Of a stretch of DNA of 64,000 bases, positions 27,332 to 41,724 are shown piece by piece; within the stretch, counting starts at the first letter, position 1, and the number at the start of each line of letters is the position of its first letter. The stretch is from the NCBI GenBank assembly GCA_951406725.2, contig OX597831.1, positions 6,820,001 through 6,884,000 on the forward strand, in the 5' to 3' direction. The position numbers were made by a program, and so were the translations under genes. The notes under the pieces were generated by a model. It ran no database searches and was not told where the DNA came from. It was given only the letters and a program-made list of their open reading frames with translations. Source of the DNA: Octopus vulgaris. Its lineage: Eukaryota.

Positions 27332-28137
27332 ATATATATATAAAATTAGAAAAAAAAACATCTTTTATCAATTTAAAATGAACAATTAAATTACACCATC
27401 TAGAAAATTACATATAATAGAAATATTAAAATTAAAATAATAAAATATTAATGATTAAGTAAATTGCAAAAAAATAATAAAAACATATAATTTATATTTT
27501 CTCTCAAATAATTAATATATATATAAAACGAATACACACAGAGGTTGTATAAGGATATACATGTAGTATGCAAGACAGGAGACTGCAATGTATGAATATA
27601 TGGGAGATGAGAGAGTTGCATGAAAATGTGGGATGCTTAAAGTGGATGGAACTTGTAGAAGATGGAAACCTAGGAAGACATGGGACAAAGAGGTGGAAAC
27701 CGATCTCAAGACGCTAAAAATCATGGAGAAGATGACGAAAGAGAAATGATTAATGACATGCACCACTCACCTGTGGAAGCATGGGTAATACAAATGTTAA
27801 AATGATGGGAATAATGGAGGATGTCTATACATGGGTCTCTCACCAAGCACAACCCTGTCCAGTTGAAATCTGTTCCTTCCCTCACCTTGATACTCACCCT
27901 TTTCTATTCAATGTGATATAGCTTCAAATGTAACCAAGATTAGCAGTCAATGGCCCCGCCCACCTCATGGTACCATGCTTTAAATCTTACCTCTCTTTCT
28001 AATCTGGGGGTTACTCTCCTACTTGCTATACCATGTTGCCTATTTAATGAGGGATTGTATTGAACCTACCACCATTCAGTCCATCCCACATCTCTCGTCA
28101 CAACACCCATATTTAAGAGATTTCAATAGAACTGTTA

Positions 28138-28460
28138 CTCGTGTTTCAGTCATTTGACTGCGGCCATGCTGGAGCACCACCTCTTTTAGTCGAGCAAATC
28201 GGCCCCAGGACATTCTTTGTAAGCCTAGTACTTATTCTATCGATCTCTTTTGCCGAACCGCTAAGTTACGGGGACAAACACACACACATACATATATACG
28301 ACGGGCTTCTTTCAGTTTCTGTCTACCAAATCCACTCACAAGGCTTTGGTCGGCCTGAGGCTATAGTAGAAGACACTTGCCGAAGGTTCCACGCAGTGAG
28401 AATGAACCAGGAACCATGTGGCTGGTAAGCAAGCTACTTACCACACAGCCACTCCTGCAT
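28138..28460 (-). mobile_element. tRNA-derived octopus SINE (same family as 4117-4496)
   Basis: Reverse complement of the 4117 element, from tgtttcagtcatttgactgcggccatgctggagcacc to ttaccacacagccactcctgc. Confidence 0.85.
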
Positions 28461-31400
28461 CTATGTTTATAACTATAAGCTCATAGCATCCACAATTCTG
28501 TACTACCAGCCATCACTCTCTCTCTCTCTCTCTATCTATCTATTTCTCTCTCGCTGCCTTGGGTTAGTTATTATTTGACATTTCCCACCTCTATTACTAG
28601 CCATTTCTCCCTCTCTCCCTCATAATCACCCAATCATTCTTTCTTTCTACTCATTACTCATTTATCTTACTGCCCCAATGTCATCACTCTTATTCATGTT
28701 GCCTTCACCAAGTAAAAACAAGTTAGACTACTGATTAACTCTTTAATACAAAAGGGATACAAAGTGACCTAATTAACATTGGTGCCATAATAAAATGTAC
28801 TCGGTGTGTGAAAAATGAATGAAGGCAACATTGAGTTGAGTGGGTAATTTAGTTCAAAGTAGGATAACTTCTCAAGTGCTGCTCCCAATACACCCTGTGA
28901 AGTGGTTAGTTAAAGAAAAGAAAAGAAAAAAAAAAACAACCAATCAAGCTAAAGATGCAAGAATGCTTGAGCAATATGAGTTCCTTTAATGCATTCAGAA
29001 GAGCAGTAACTCTGAAGAAAAACTCAGATTTTGTTAACCCGTAAAACCAATGCCAGATTGGGAATTTGATTTAAAATAATTTCATATGTATCACCATCAT
29101 TATTCAGTTAATATCCACTTTTCCATGCTTACATGCATCAGATGGAATTTGTCGAGGCAGATTTTTTTCTACAGACAAATGCCCCTTTTTGTTGTCAACC
29201 CTTGCCCTGTTTCCAAGCAGCGTAACATTTCCCATGACCAGAGACGTTATCATGAAGATCGGAAATGAAGGACACCAGCTGCACGACGGTGACATCTGTT
29301 TACATACACTCACACAGCAAGGGGACAGTAACATACACATGCATGCAAAGGGTTTCTTTCAGTTTCCTTCTACCAAATCCACTCACAGGGTTTTGGCTTG
29401 CTCAGGGATATATAGAAGACACTTGCCCAAGGTGTCACACTGTGGGACTGAACTTGAGACCATGTGGTTGGGAAGCAAAATTTTTACATATCTGCACACA
29501 AAGTGTTAAAAATCTTTTCCTGCTACCAATGAAAAATTTATACCAACATCAAATATTACTCATCTTCACTACTACAAAGCCAACTTACTCAGCTGAAGAT
29601 ATGTTTAGTAGTGACTTTTTTTTTTTTCCACAATGACCAGTGTTCCTATACAAATCTATCCCTTTTTTTTATATGCAGACTTGAAGGAACCCACACAATA
29701 ACAAACAACCACTAATTTCTCACACTAAATATAATCAATCTTTCAACACAGAGTTGACCTATGCTCCTAAATATATCTTGAAAATGAACCCCAGCAATAA
29801 AGAATTAATTACACAAAATATAACCAAATTAACGAATGCCACCCAACTAGATTCAATAAAACATTGTCAAACCAGAAAAATACCTTTGCTTCCTTCCTTT
29901 TCTTCTGCCTTTCAGAATCATCACTCCCTCTCCTTATCCTACCACATTTTGTAGTTGAATAAACTAATTCTGCACAAACAATTTAATCAACCCTAAAAAT
30001 ATTTAGTCATATACCTTAAAACTACAATATTACACCACTACACCTACTTTGCTGCCTCATTTGTCCACACAAAATTTCTACAAGGCTTGGAAAATCAAAG
30101 TACTTTATATTCTCATGGAGGCTACTATTGCAAAACTTTTAAATAACTGTTCACATTTTCCTTGTATATACACACAGATGAATATATATAGATACACAGA
30201 CATACACACGTGTGCATGCATATCAATCACCTACAAAGGACAGAGACATTGGACTTTTAGTCTCTTGCAGCAGAAGTTTTAACTATCAATTTTAGACACT
30301 CCTTTTGAAAATGCTAATTCAACTTAACCATTTCTAAATTTTTACTACTCCAGTGAAATCTTGGTGAATTAAATACCTTTGTAATTTCATCACAATATGA
30401 AAATATTTTAAAGAAATATAACTGTATAGAAATAAAACAAACTGAAACAGTCCATGAGTTTATCAACAACAAAAACTGATCCAAATCTCAAGTATTGAGT
30501 CGTAACTAAAAAGACAAACATTGTATCATGTGAGGATAGCTCAGTTGAAATTATGAAATAATATGTACAGTTAAAAAGTTACTTCAATACAGAGGACACT
30601 TCAGACAAGAAGAAGAGGAAGAGAAAGAGAGAATAAGCAGTGAATGTTGGTCAGTCTTCAATGCTTATTTCAGAAAGCTGGGGGTGGGGTGGGGATACTA
30701 GGTAACTACTGAGTTGAGAAAAAGAGAAGAGTGATGTTGCTAGAGTTGTCATCAGTCTGCCTCAAATGGGATTCTAATAGTTGTTAGTATATAAAGCCAT
30801 CGTTGCAGCAGACCTACAATCAATAATCCAACAGTTTCAATGTAGCAAGAGTAAGCTAACGGCTGTCATTTGCCAAGTTGCAGCAGTTACTATACTTCAA
30901 ATGTGCTACCATTGCAATGAAACAACCAAATCTAATTAAGGGAAATCTGTTACCATGGTATCAGCTAGTTAACACTCGTTGAACCAAATGAGTACATCTT
31001 GTGGAAGAAATAAATAAACAGGAAGCTGATCCCAGCATGTCGCTACGGTGACTTATTTGTTGGGATCAAGGAGGACCTTGATGTGAACGATACTAAAAAT
31101 GTGAGAATTAGTAGAAACAACAAGTTAGTTCAGAACTGATTGATAGGAGAACCATACTGAAAAATGGAGGACATAATTAAGAAGATGCAGATATTAAATG
31201 TCCCAAAAAATTTTTTTGATATCAACAAGTGGAACACAAGAAAGTTAAATTGAAAATGAAACAATTTGAAACAGAACAAATGAGCAAGCCTTGGAATATT
31301 GAAGAAGGCTCAAAGACAGTCATTAAACTATAAGAATAACAAATAAGGATGAGCCCTGCATGGATTGATTTTGCAAGAGAGAAAAATACCAACTAAAAGC

Positions 31401-33402
31401 AACTGTAAAGCATTTTAGTCCAGTTTAGTACTGCTTGTGGCAACTATACCAGCCTCAAAAATGTATAAAATATCCATGGTAGCTGCTGTTTTTAATGAAA
31501 GACTAAAAATACTTTGGTATGTGATGCAATTCTAATTTCTTTCAGCTGGAATATTTTAAGTAACAGTAAAAAAAAAACAACAAAAAAAAAAACCCATTTC
31601 TACATTGAAATGATTGTAATACAAGATTTCTTAACTAGTGTTAAGCAAAATCTTCAGATCCCTTACAATTGGCAATTTTTGCATTAATAAAAAACAATTT
31701 TGTTAAAACACCACAGATGACCTGCTTCAATTGTGTGTATGTGTGTGTGAGAGAAAAAAATTTTTTAATGAAAAAGTTTCAGAAAATGATAGCCAGTCAG
31801 TCAGTCAGTAGACCCCCACCTCCATCATTCCAGAATAAAAATGACTGACTGAAGTTCTCATTCCATGAAATATTCTTGAAATAAAAATTCTCATGTGATA
31901 CCAGAAATGGGTAGACAGGTGGGGTGGCATTTTTGGAAAGTCATCAGCATATAAGGGGACAGATTAAATATTTAGAGTAATTAACAGGTATCATTAATAA
32001 ACTTTCACTGATGTAATCACTTGCAATTACATCAATGTAATTAAGGTTAACCAGCAAAATAAGCTCATGAACCAATTTCTCAAAATCAAAATTCAGAATT
32101 AAAACAGCCCCAAGTTCAGTTTGTATTAGTTTAATATTGAAAACAATATCAATTTCTTTTGTTTCAGAACAAAGCCTCCCTCATACAGAAGAGGAAAACT
32201 TGTATGCTGTAACATGGATGCTTTCGTTTCCCCCATGGGATTTAGAAGCAAAAGTGAAATACAATAGTTACAGAGAACAATTTCAGTTTTCTGTGAACTT
32301 CATCCTCATTGAACAGTGACTTTTCAACATTAAAACAACAAAAACCTAATATCAAAAGCATCTTTTGCAAATTAGTACAAAATGTTTCAGGAATAGTTAA
32401 AATTACAAAGGAGGTTCCTGACATCTTGCTATTCCTAATCACCAGGAATTAAATCATTTTATAAAAAATGGCAAGTAAAAAAGAAAGATAATGATTTCTT
32501 TTGCATTAGTCTATTACATTTTTTAAACAAAATACATATTTCCGTTAAACTTCAGAGCTGTTAGAATTTGGTCCTTTTATAATTTGAACTTGAATACTTC
32601 AAAAACTGAGCACAAAGTAGTCTGGCTTCACTGTTTGCTACAACTTAACAAGACAGGCTGTTGGTATTCAGCCTAAAGTAAGTCTTGATAAGCAAACTTA
32701 TGGTCATAACAATAACAGCCACAATTAGGTACAGAGAAGACTGAATTGGCCAATATGTTTGTCTTTCCTAGTTTCAGACAATAGTGATTAGCAGTTTGGC
32801 TACTATGCTTAGCAGGTTGAGTGACAGCATGTAAGAGTGACTTCCAAGTAAGAAGAGGATAGAAGGAAATATAATATATAAAGTTTACTGTTCTATTAAG
32901 GTAAGATCAACAAAATAAGCACTCTGTCCAGCGATAAATATCTTTTAATGTATTAAGATAAGAACTACTAATAGTTTTTTGCTATGAAGACATGTGGATA
33001 GGCAGGCTTTTACAATGTGCCTTGTGGAATCTTCAAGCTCTGAGCACTTCTATCTACCAAATTCACTCATGAGACATTGGTTGCTCTGAAACTGAAAGCA
33101 TGGAGTTGTGAAATAAAATTCTTAGCCATACAGGCTTGCTTGTAATGATATGTTTAAAAAATTGTTTGACCTAAACCAGAGAAGCTACATCAGTGACTCA
33201 GTAGCCTAGAGTTTCATGTCAAGGCACTTAATATAGGTATACTGGTATGAAACTTGAAGCTGCTGTGTCAACAATGTAACATCTCAGATCTATATAAATG
33301 AACAAATACATGGCATTTTGTACTTGATTTTTGTTTTCAGTATTTGTATAACCAATCACACATCCATCTATACATGTACACACACTTACACAAATGCATA
33401 TA

Positions 33403-34295
33403 TGAAGGGGTACTCAAAAGTAATCAGAAACGTTCTGTGGGACAAGCCTGTTGTAGTTCAGGCTTCTGCTGCTAAAAGCCACTTCATGCAATTCTCAGGA
33501 ATCAGTCTGCAGACTGGCGGCACTGAGTGCAGTTATACTCCCATGTGGTGCGTCTGTTTTGCAGTGCTTCTCCTCTGTTCAGCGATTTTGGCTTTGACTG
33601 AAACGAAGGAACAGCATGCTTCCAGGAAATTCTATTTTCTGCTGGGTAAACGACAGCCAAAACAATAGTCATGCTTCAAAACAGCTCACAAGGATGATGC
33701 CATGAGCAAAACACAAGTTTATGAGTAGTTTTTATGCTTTAAGAATGGTCAGAAGACCAACCTTGTTCAGGGCAACCGTCAACCTCCCAAACAAATGAAA
33801 ACATCACGAAAATTCATGAACTGATCTTGGAGGACCATTACTGAACAATTGATGAACTTGATCTGATTGGCGTGTCCTGGAGATCCTTCCAACAAAGTGT
33901 GAGCGAGGAATTGCAAATGAGAAGAGTTGCGGCAAAATGTGTGCCTTAATTGCTCATGGAAGCTCAAAAGCAGTCACAACTGAATGCTTGTCATGAACTG
34001 AAAGAACAGTTGGAAGTTGATCCACCAGATCTGTTTTTGAAGGTCATCACTGGTGACAAAAGCTGGTGCTACAGAATTTGCAGATGTGAAAGAGAAGGAA
34101 AAAAAAAATGACAGAGGCGTTAAAAGGCATCACTTCGCAAGAGTTCCAGGACTGCTTCAAACAGTGGCAAATGCATCTGGACCAATGTTTTGCTTCAAAT
34201 GGAGAATATTTTGAAGGCAATAAAAGTGTAAACATGTGAAGCTAAGTGAATAAAATAGCATTGCAATATTCCAGTTTCTTTGGGGTACCCCCTCA
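33403..34295 (+). mobile_element. Internally deleted, decayed Tc1/mariner (mariner) DNA transposon
   Basis: TA flanks at 33401-02 and 34296-97. The TIRs are imperfect: TGAAGGGGTACTCAAAAG and the reverse complement TGAGGGGGTACCCCAAAG. Fragmented transposase motifs include EQHASRKFYFLLGK, AMSKTQVYE*F, SGQPSTS, AKCVP*LL (WVPxxL), VITGDKSWCY (first catalytic Asp) and QCFASNGEYFEG. Most of the DD34D region is missing. Confidence 0.9.
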
Positions 34296-35869
34296 TACAT
34301 ACCTAGAAATACATACACTTAAACCATATAAACTATAATATATACAGGTTGAATGAACTGTTAGAGGTAAAGCTTGAAGTCACAAACAAAATCAATGCTC
34401 TTAGTATATATACTATGTATATACATGTGTGTGTATAGTGGTGTAGGTCCTGACAGGGTTGAAATTGCAGCGCTCCTAGACATCTACTCATTCTGGACCT
34501 TTCAAAAAAAAATCTGAAGTCCATTGGTGCCAGAATTCCAGGTGTGTCACTGGTAAAATCACAACTTCCAAGATGCAGAAGAATGAATTTAAGCACAACT
34601 ATATTATTTGTTACACTTGTTTCTGAACCAATCTGTTTCTAACCATATGCCATGTAAATGATTGCAGGTGAATTATGTCAGAATGGCACCTCATCAGACA
34701 AGTACTAAATCGTGCCGCTTTGCATTGTGTCAAGAATATATGTTTGATATTTCTTATATAGAGAGAAAACAATAAAGAGCACAAAAATAATAACAGCAGA
34801 AATGATAACCGTTTCAAATTGTTTCTTCAAGTGTCAACAATTTAAGAAGGAGAAGAGTTGATTGTTTACATCCACCTCAATACTAGACAGGTATTTTATT
34901 TTACTGATTCTGAAAAGTCGAAAAGCAAAGTTAACTTCTGTGAGTATTTGAACTGAGAACGTAAAGAGCTGAAAGAAATGCCACTTAGCATTTTGTCTGA
35001 TGGTGGAAACCTGAACAATAGCAACAATAATAAAACTAACAGTAGTCAGACAAGAGACATTGTTCAGTCATTGGGACAGTAGCGAGCAAGGGTCACCAAT
35101 GTATTTTCCTCTCCTTTGTCAATCCAATTTGACTCCAGTAGAATTAATATCAAACAACAATAGCTCATGTCAATTTTTATCACTGTCACCTCTACAGCTT
35201 AGAATAATTATTACCTGTAAATTCTTGCCACCCACCACAACCCTACACCATCAACTTATTGTGTTTCTGCTTCATCTTTAGTCTTATTTCATCATCTCTC
35301 ATCACCATTAATACTGCTGTTATCATCATCATTATTCTTTATGATTGTTATTATGTTTGTTTCCCTATGGTATTATTATTATTATTGACATCGCACAGTA
35401 TACAATATGGTATGGTTGTTGATTGAAGAGACTGTGTCCAGGGGGACTGGGTGGGGGGCGGGGGGTCATTGTCAAGGATCTCAGACAGTACTTTATGTAA
35501 TGTGTTATGTAATAATGTTTGACTTCTGCTTTGTATTTGTACAAGTTGACTCCAAGTCTCACCCAGAGACCTCAAGAGACAAGTTAGAAGTTGGTGTTAT
35601 GCCTGGGGTGTCATATATTTGGTTTTACAAAGTATTGTTATAATTATTGAGACAACAAACTTTAATAATAAGTAGTGGCTAATGTAGAAAATATTATGAA
35701 CCTCAATGATGATGATGATGATAAATTTAACATTTGAAATTAAAACAAAAACTGAATTATATGAAAATAAAAAGAAAAAATAGCTCATAGCAATAACAGC
35801 AGAAAACAAAAGCAGTAAAAATTAGGTTAGGCAGTATTAATAGCATTAACGACAATATTCTTTCTAATT

Positions 35870-37040
35870 TTTGGCACAAGAGTATTAATATAGAGGGAGA
35901 GGAAGTTAGTTGATTACATTGTCCCCCCAGTGCTCACTGGTACTTATTTTATGAAAACCCCAAAGGATGAAAGACAAATTTGACCTTGGTAGAATTTGAA
36001 CTCAGAACATAACGCCAGAAAAAAATGACACTAAGTATTTTGCCTGGCATGCTAATAGTTCTGCCACTTTAATTAATAATAATTATTATTTTCCCTATAG
36101 ACACAAGGCCTGAAATTTTGTGGAGAGGGAGTTAATTACCTCAACCCCAGTGTTCAACTGGTACTTACTGACCTGAAAGGACAAAAGGCAAAGTCGACAA
36201 CTTTTGAACTCAGGACATAGAGGCAGAAGAAATGTTGCTAAGTAGTTGAACTTGTTAACAATTCTACAAGCTCACTGTCTTAATTAATTAATAATAGTTT
36301 CACATTTTGGCATGAGGCCAGAAATTTTAGGGGACAAGATTGTTGGTTACATTGATTCCAGTGCTCAACTGGAATTGCTTTTTATCAATCCTGAAAGGAT
36401 GAAATGCAAAGTCAGATTTGGCAACTTTTAGACTCAGAACCAAAGAAATATTTGTCCAAGTTGCTACCAATTCTACCAGCTCACTGCCATTATTCATCAT
36501 CATCATCATCATAAGGCCAGCAATTTGAGGAAAGGGATTAAGTTGATTACACTGATCCTAGTGTTCAACTGGTACTTATTTTAAAAGCAAAGCCAACCCC
36601 ATCAGTATTTGAACTCAAAACCTATAGAGTCAGCTAATAATTTTATCCAGCATGGCAATGATCTTGCCAGCCTGCCACCTTAAGAATTAAATATAAAGTT
36701 AACTTTGGTAAGATTGAACTCACAATGTAAAGAGTTGAAACACTTTAAAGCATTTTGCCCAATACTATAGTGACTTTGCCAATTCATTGCCTAATAATAA
36801 TAAAGAAGAATGATAATAATAATAATAATAATAAATTTAGTTTCAAATTTTGACACAAGGTCAATGATTTTAGGAGGAGGTGGTTAATTGATCACATTGA
36901 CACCTGCACTCCGGTCCTCAACTGGTATGTATTTTATTGACTGCAGAGGGATGAAATGTGAAGTTGGTACCAGTAAAATTTCAACTCAGAATGGAACGAG
37001 TCAGAAATACCGCTAAGCATTTTGTCTGATGTGCTAACAA
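35870..37040 (-). repeat. Head-to-tail cluster of ~6 degenerate ~200-bp tRNA-derived SINEs (Meta-domain-like core)
   Basis: Recurring unit gcacaaggcc..aatttt.ggg..gattac..ccccagtg(c/t)tcaactggtacttatttta...gaaaggatgaaa..caaagt..acc...aatttgaactcagaac...ctaagcatttt at about 35870, 36100, 36308, 36512, 36700 (partial) and 36850, separated by (AAT)n/(CAT)n. Dispersed copies at 2538-2730 and 34830-35005, and on the other strand at 7125-7200, 18830-18950 and 23960-24280. Confidence 0.75.
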
Positions 37041-40000
37041 TTTTTTTAATATTCCATTCTATGTAAATCCCTCACACTATGTCTGCCTCATTTGTCACCC
37101 TAGTGGTAAACAAAAAAATTATTTTTGCCTTTTTTCATTATTATTATTATTACTATTATTGTTGTTTCCTCTTACATAAGCTATACCAAACATTCTTCAC
37201 ACAATGCAAAGAGGTACAACGTAATGCTTGTCTGATGAAGTGTCACTCTGACATTCAACCACACACATATGAAATCATTTACATGCATTGACCCTAGAAG
37301 CAGAGTGGTACAAACAATTGTAATGAATAATAAAGTTGTGCTATATTCATTTACCATTTTATATACATACACATTGCTATATGTGTGTGTATATATATAT
37401 ACAAATCCACACATGGATGCATAGTCATAAGTTCATAGTACACACCTACGTTACTATCTTTAACCTTCTCTTCCATCAGCCACCACACTCTCCTTGACCT
37501 AGGGTTACTTCTATTGTCACCCATCAGTGACTAGTGAGCAAAACAATCTCACTAGTGATAGCACTATAATGTGCACCTAATGCAAACCATAAACTGGATG
37601 GTAAACACACACACATTCATCACTGAAGAGACCAAATCAGGTTGAAACACCAGATGAGGTAATCCAGCAGCATTCTGAATGAAGCCCAGCCATTTTTAAC
37701 AGGTCTCTTTCATGGAGACAAAATATTACTGCTACTACCATTCCAAATTTCACACAAATACACATACAGGCACATATACTGATATGCATGCACACACACA
37801 GGATATACCCCACCACCACTACAATGCACAAAACAAAGTAAAATAGAGGGAGGTGGTAATAAAAGAGACAAACAATATGAAAATATACTGACATAGTATG
37901 CAGGATTTTAGACATCAAAGAAAGGAATTAAAGTAAACTGAACATTTTCAAATTCATTATCAAAGAAATGTAAAAGAATAAGCAATGGGAGGCAAAAAAT
38001 ACAAATGATACTGATTTTGTGATGTTTACATTACAGGCATGGTATAAAAAAGAAGTTGGAGAGTGTGATAGTAGAATCAGTAGTCGACACAATCTAGTTT
38101 ATAGGGGAAAGTGGTGGATAGGCAGGAGGAATAGAATAAATGAGGAAGAAAAAGTTTGAGTATGTATGAAATTTAAGTCATTCTTGTAAAATAATACATC
38201 CAGCAATGAATATGCATACACACATAAATATATAAACGTACATATACATGCATGTAGTTGTTTGAATGTATGAGATGGTTTAAATGTATAAGAGATGTAA
38301 TGTAGTCCATGTTTATATGCAAGTACTGACTTATATCATGGGTAGAGGAGGAGAATGAAGACGATCATATGTGTGTGTGTTTGTGCATGAGAGGTGCACA
38401 GTACAGGCATGCATCCTCCCCCCCTCTCTCCTATCTCTTTGCATACACCAATGTAATACTATATAGCAGACACAAGCAACCTCCCTTGGTTCCTGCTTAA
38501 TCACTTCTCTGTCATCCTATCGTATATACATGAGCCATGCTCATAACAAAGGCAATACTGTGAAATATCAAGTACTATCAATGCTCTTATCAACCGTTAT
38601 AACACCCAAGCATTAATTCCTTTATACACAGACCAATTTGGACATCCTTAATCTTCACTGCTTGGATTAATCATGTTGGAGCCATATAGTATTACTCTCC
38701 CATGCACAGACACACACTGAATGTTATGTTTGGAGTACCATTCACCACCTGCAGTGTGCAATGCATACGTAACAAATATCATTGGAAAACTTTTACATGC
38801 GTGGGAGCTAACATGTATGCATGCCAAATGCATACAGAGATGGGTGAGCACGTGTGTGTATGAAGTGTATGTAGAAGCAAGGTCAAGAAAAGATGCTCGT
38901 GCATATGTGGATGTGGGTAGATATGTGTGTGCGTATGTGCATGGGTATGAAAATGCCTGACTGAGCACAGTAACAACTTTAATTTATGGAAATGTTTATA
39001 AAGGCAATAGTTGAATGCCAGGTGTGCCAAACCAGAACTCATTACACCCAAATACTAGAAAAATGTCAAGACGTCTACTATCTTCATTTTATACCATCAC
39101 ATATGTCACCGACTATAGTTCTATTAATACTATGATCTGGTGCACTTCTATCTCACTTTCCCCACTATTTATGTGTGTGTGATACATAAATACACATACA
39201 CAAATACATGTGTATAGGCCCATCACTCTCATCCAACTTTCCTCAAAATTATCCTACTATCTTGTAATCTGTCACATTTTGGTATACCACCTTTCTTTTG
39301 CATCATATATATGACTGAAGTGTATAGCCACATGCAACCAAAACATTGTAATATTTACTATAATATTTAGGATGTGAGTCAGTTCATTTGTGAAAATGTG
39401 TGGAAGATATAAAGCTTGAAAAACAGATTACGTTTTCCGTTTCTTTCACGTGTGTATGTGTAACAACCACACAGATGTGTTCATAGTGTTCAAATGTCTG
39501 TGTACACACAAGCTCACTCCCTCCATCAAATTAACTGCACAGGTGTACTATGTGATACATGTCAAATGATGAAATGATCATAGAGCAATGCAAAATGAAG
39601 AGCTTTGCTCAAGAACACAAGAATGCCCAGTCTGGGAATCGAAACCATGATCTCACAATCATGAGAGCAACACCCACATTCACTAAGCCATGCACCTACA
39701 CACACACGGTCATTTTTTCATTCTTTAACGGGTTGCAGCCAAAAGGCTGTAATTATGCTGTGACACCACCAGCATCATGATCTTTTCAACTGTCAACCTA
39801 GTTGGTTGGCTTTTGGGGAATGAAGGAGTTTTATTGCTGTAATGTAGGTTTACTTGGGATGTACAGAAGGTCAAAGTGGGTCTTCAAAGCATCTGTCCTC
39901 ACCCATGCAGATCACAAGATTATTTTGGCAAGATATTAAATAGCTAAGGGTCTTTCAATCTCAAGAAATTGTAATACATTAGACAAGATAGGCGGGACCT

Positions 40001-40367
40001 CTGGAACAGTGATGTCCTCTTTGGGGGCTAGAATAACGCTTGATATCAAGGTTTGGTGCTAAACCTTTTAGGATCTTCCATATGTATATCACCACATATG
40101 TATACAAATATACAGAAACGTATATATATATATATATACACAAACACATATATATACACACATATATATACATATATACACACACATATATATACATATA
40201 TACACACATATATATACATATATACACACACATATATATACATATATACACACATATATATACATATATACACACATATATATACATATATACAGATATA
40301 TATATATATTATATATAGATATATATATATACAAATATATAAATACATTTATACATACACATACCAC

Positions 40368-40500
40368 AGTAAGCACACAAATATGAAATATGGAAAAAAC
40401 TGTACTCGAATACCAGAGGTAGGGTAATACTCTTTATTAAAACAGCAAAAATTTCACAAAAACTGTTGGAGTTTCACACTGCTGTTTGTCAGACAGTTTT
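40368..40500 (-). mobile_element. Diverged second copy of the 27100-27245 Penelope-like terminal repeat
   Basis: Shares gtactc(g/a)aataccag(a/t)ggtag..gtaata..ctttatt..aa.cagc...aaaa.ctgtt..gagtttc..gt.(a/g)gacagtttt with 27100-27245. The minus strand gives aaaactgt-CTGACAA-...-GAAActcca-acagtttt. Confidence 0.65.
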
Positions 40501-41218
40501 GTTTAGAATGATGGAAGTTATATGTAGAAATACAATTACTTTCATAGACACACATATGAAAATGCTTTTGTTTCATTGTTTAAAATCATATAAAAATCGA
40601 AGTAAAAACTTTAATTCAAAAATAGCTTCTGAAGAAGGAAAAAGGCCTGAATACCCAGGGTAAATAATCAGCTGTAAAATTAATAAAATAAAAGATATAT
40701 CTGTTTAAAAAAATTTTCATGCTAAAATATATGTACAGTTAGCAATAAATACAGATACCAGACAATCTATGATATACCTATATATCACTAGACATACAGA
40801 TGTAGGTACATGGCTACGTACATATACAGACATAATGGCATAACATAAATATATAAAAATGCATATATATATATATATATATATCCCTCTGCAAAAAGGT
40901 CTCAAATTTTATTTGATTTGCTTTTCGCAGGAAGGAAAGTTTCTATTGAAGATGCGTCACGCCTTCACCTTCGAAACGCAGAGTAGATGAAACCATGGCA
41001 ACTGAAGAAGGGGTTTTTTCCTTGTGTTATTTGTCCTGTACTCTACTTTTTTGTCGTTTAAGAAAAATGTCCAGTTCCTTTGGTTTGTGCCTATGATTTC
41101 GTTTCTCATTGTGTTCGACGTTTTTTTGGTGTCCTGTACTCATATATGCGTATATATATACATGTAGAGGTAGGTACGTACATATATGTATATATATATG
41201 CATATGTTTTATTTATTA

Positions 41219-41266
<48 letters not shown>

Positions 41267-41605
41267 CTGGGGAGAGTCATTTTCCACTTATTTCTTATTT
41301 ATATTTTCCTAAAATTTTCGTTGCGTCTTGCAACATTTTCAATAGTCTTGACTGTCTGTTCTTTACACTGCGTTCCTTTTTGTTGGTGCGCATGTGTGTC
41401 GGTCAGTGTGTGTGTGTGTGCCTATGAATACATGCGTGTACGTATGTATGCATGTGTGTGTATATATCGTCATGTTTCAGTCTCCATTTGAGTCAATATA
41501 TACATGTACACACACACACACATATATATATACATATAAACACACATATATATGTGTGCACATACACATATATATGCACACATAAATAAACACATATGTA
41601 TAAAC

Positions 41606-41646
<41 letters not shown>

Positions 41647-41684
41647 TGCACATGTGCATATATATATATACTTATACATAAACA

Positions 41685-41724
<40 letters not shown>

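Noticed and set aside
35870-37040. CRISPR-like repeat-spacer array
   Set aside because: The context is eukaryotic, the units are ~200-bp degenerate SINEs without unique constant-length spacers, and there are no cas genes.
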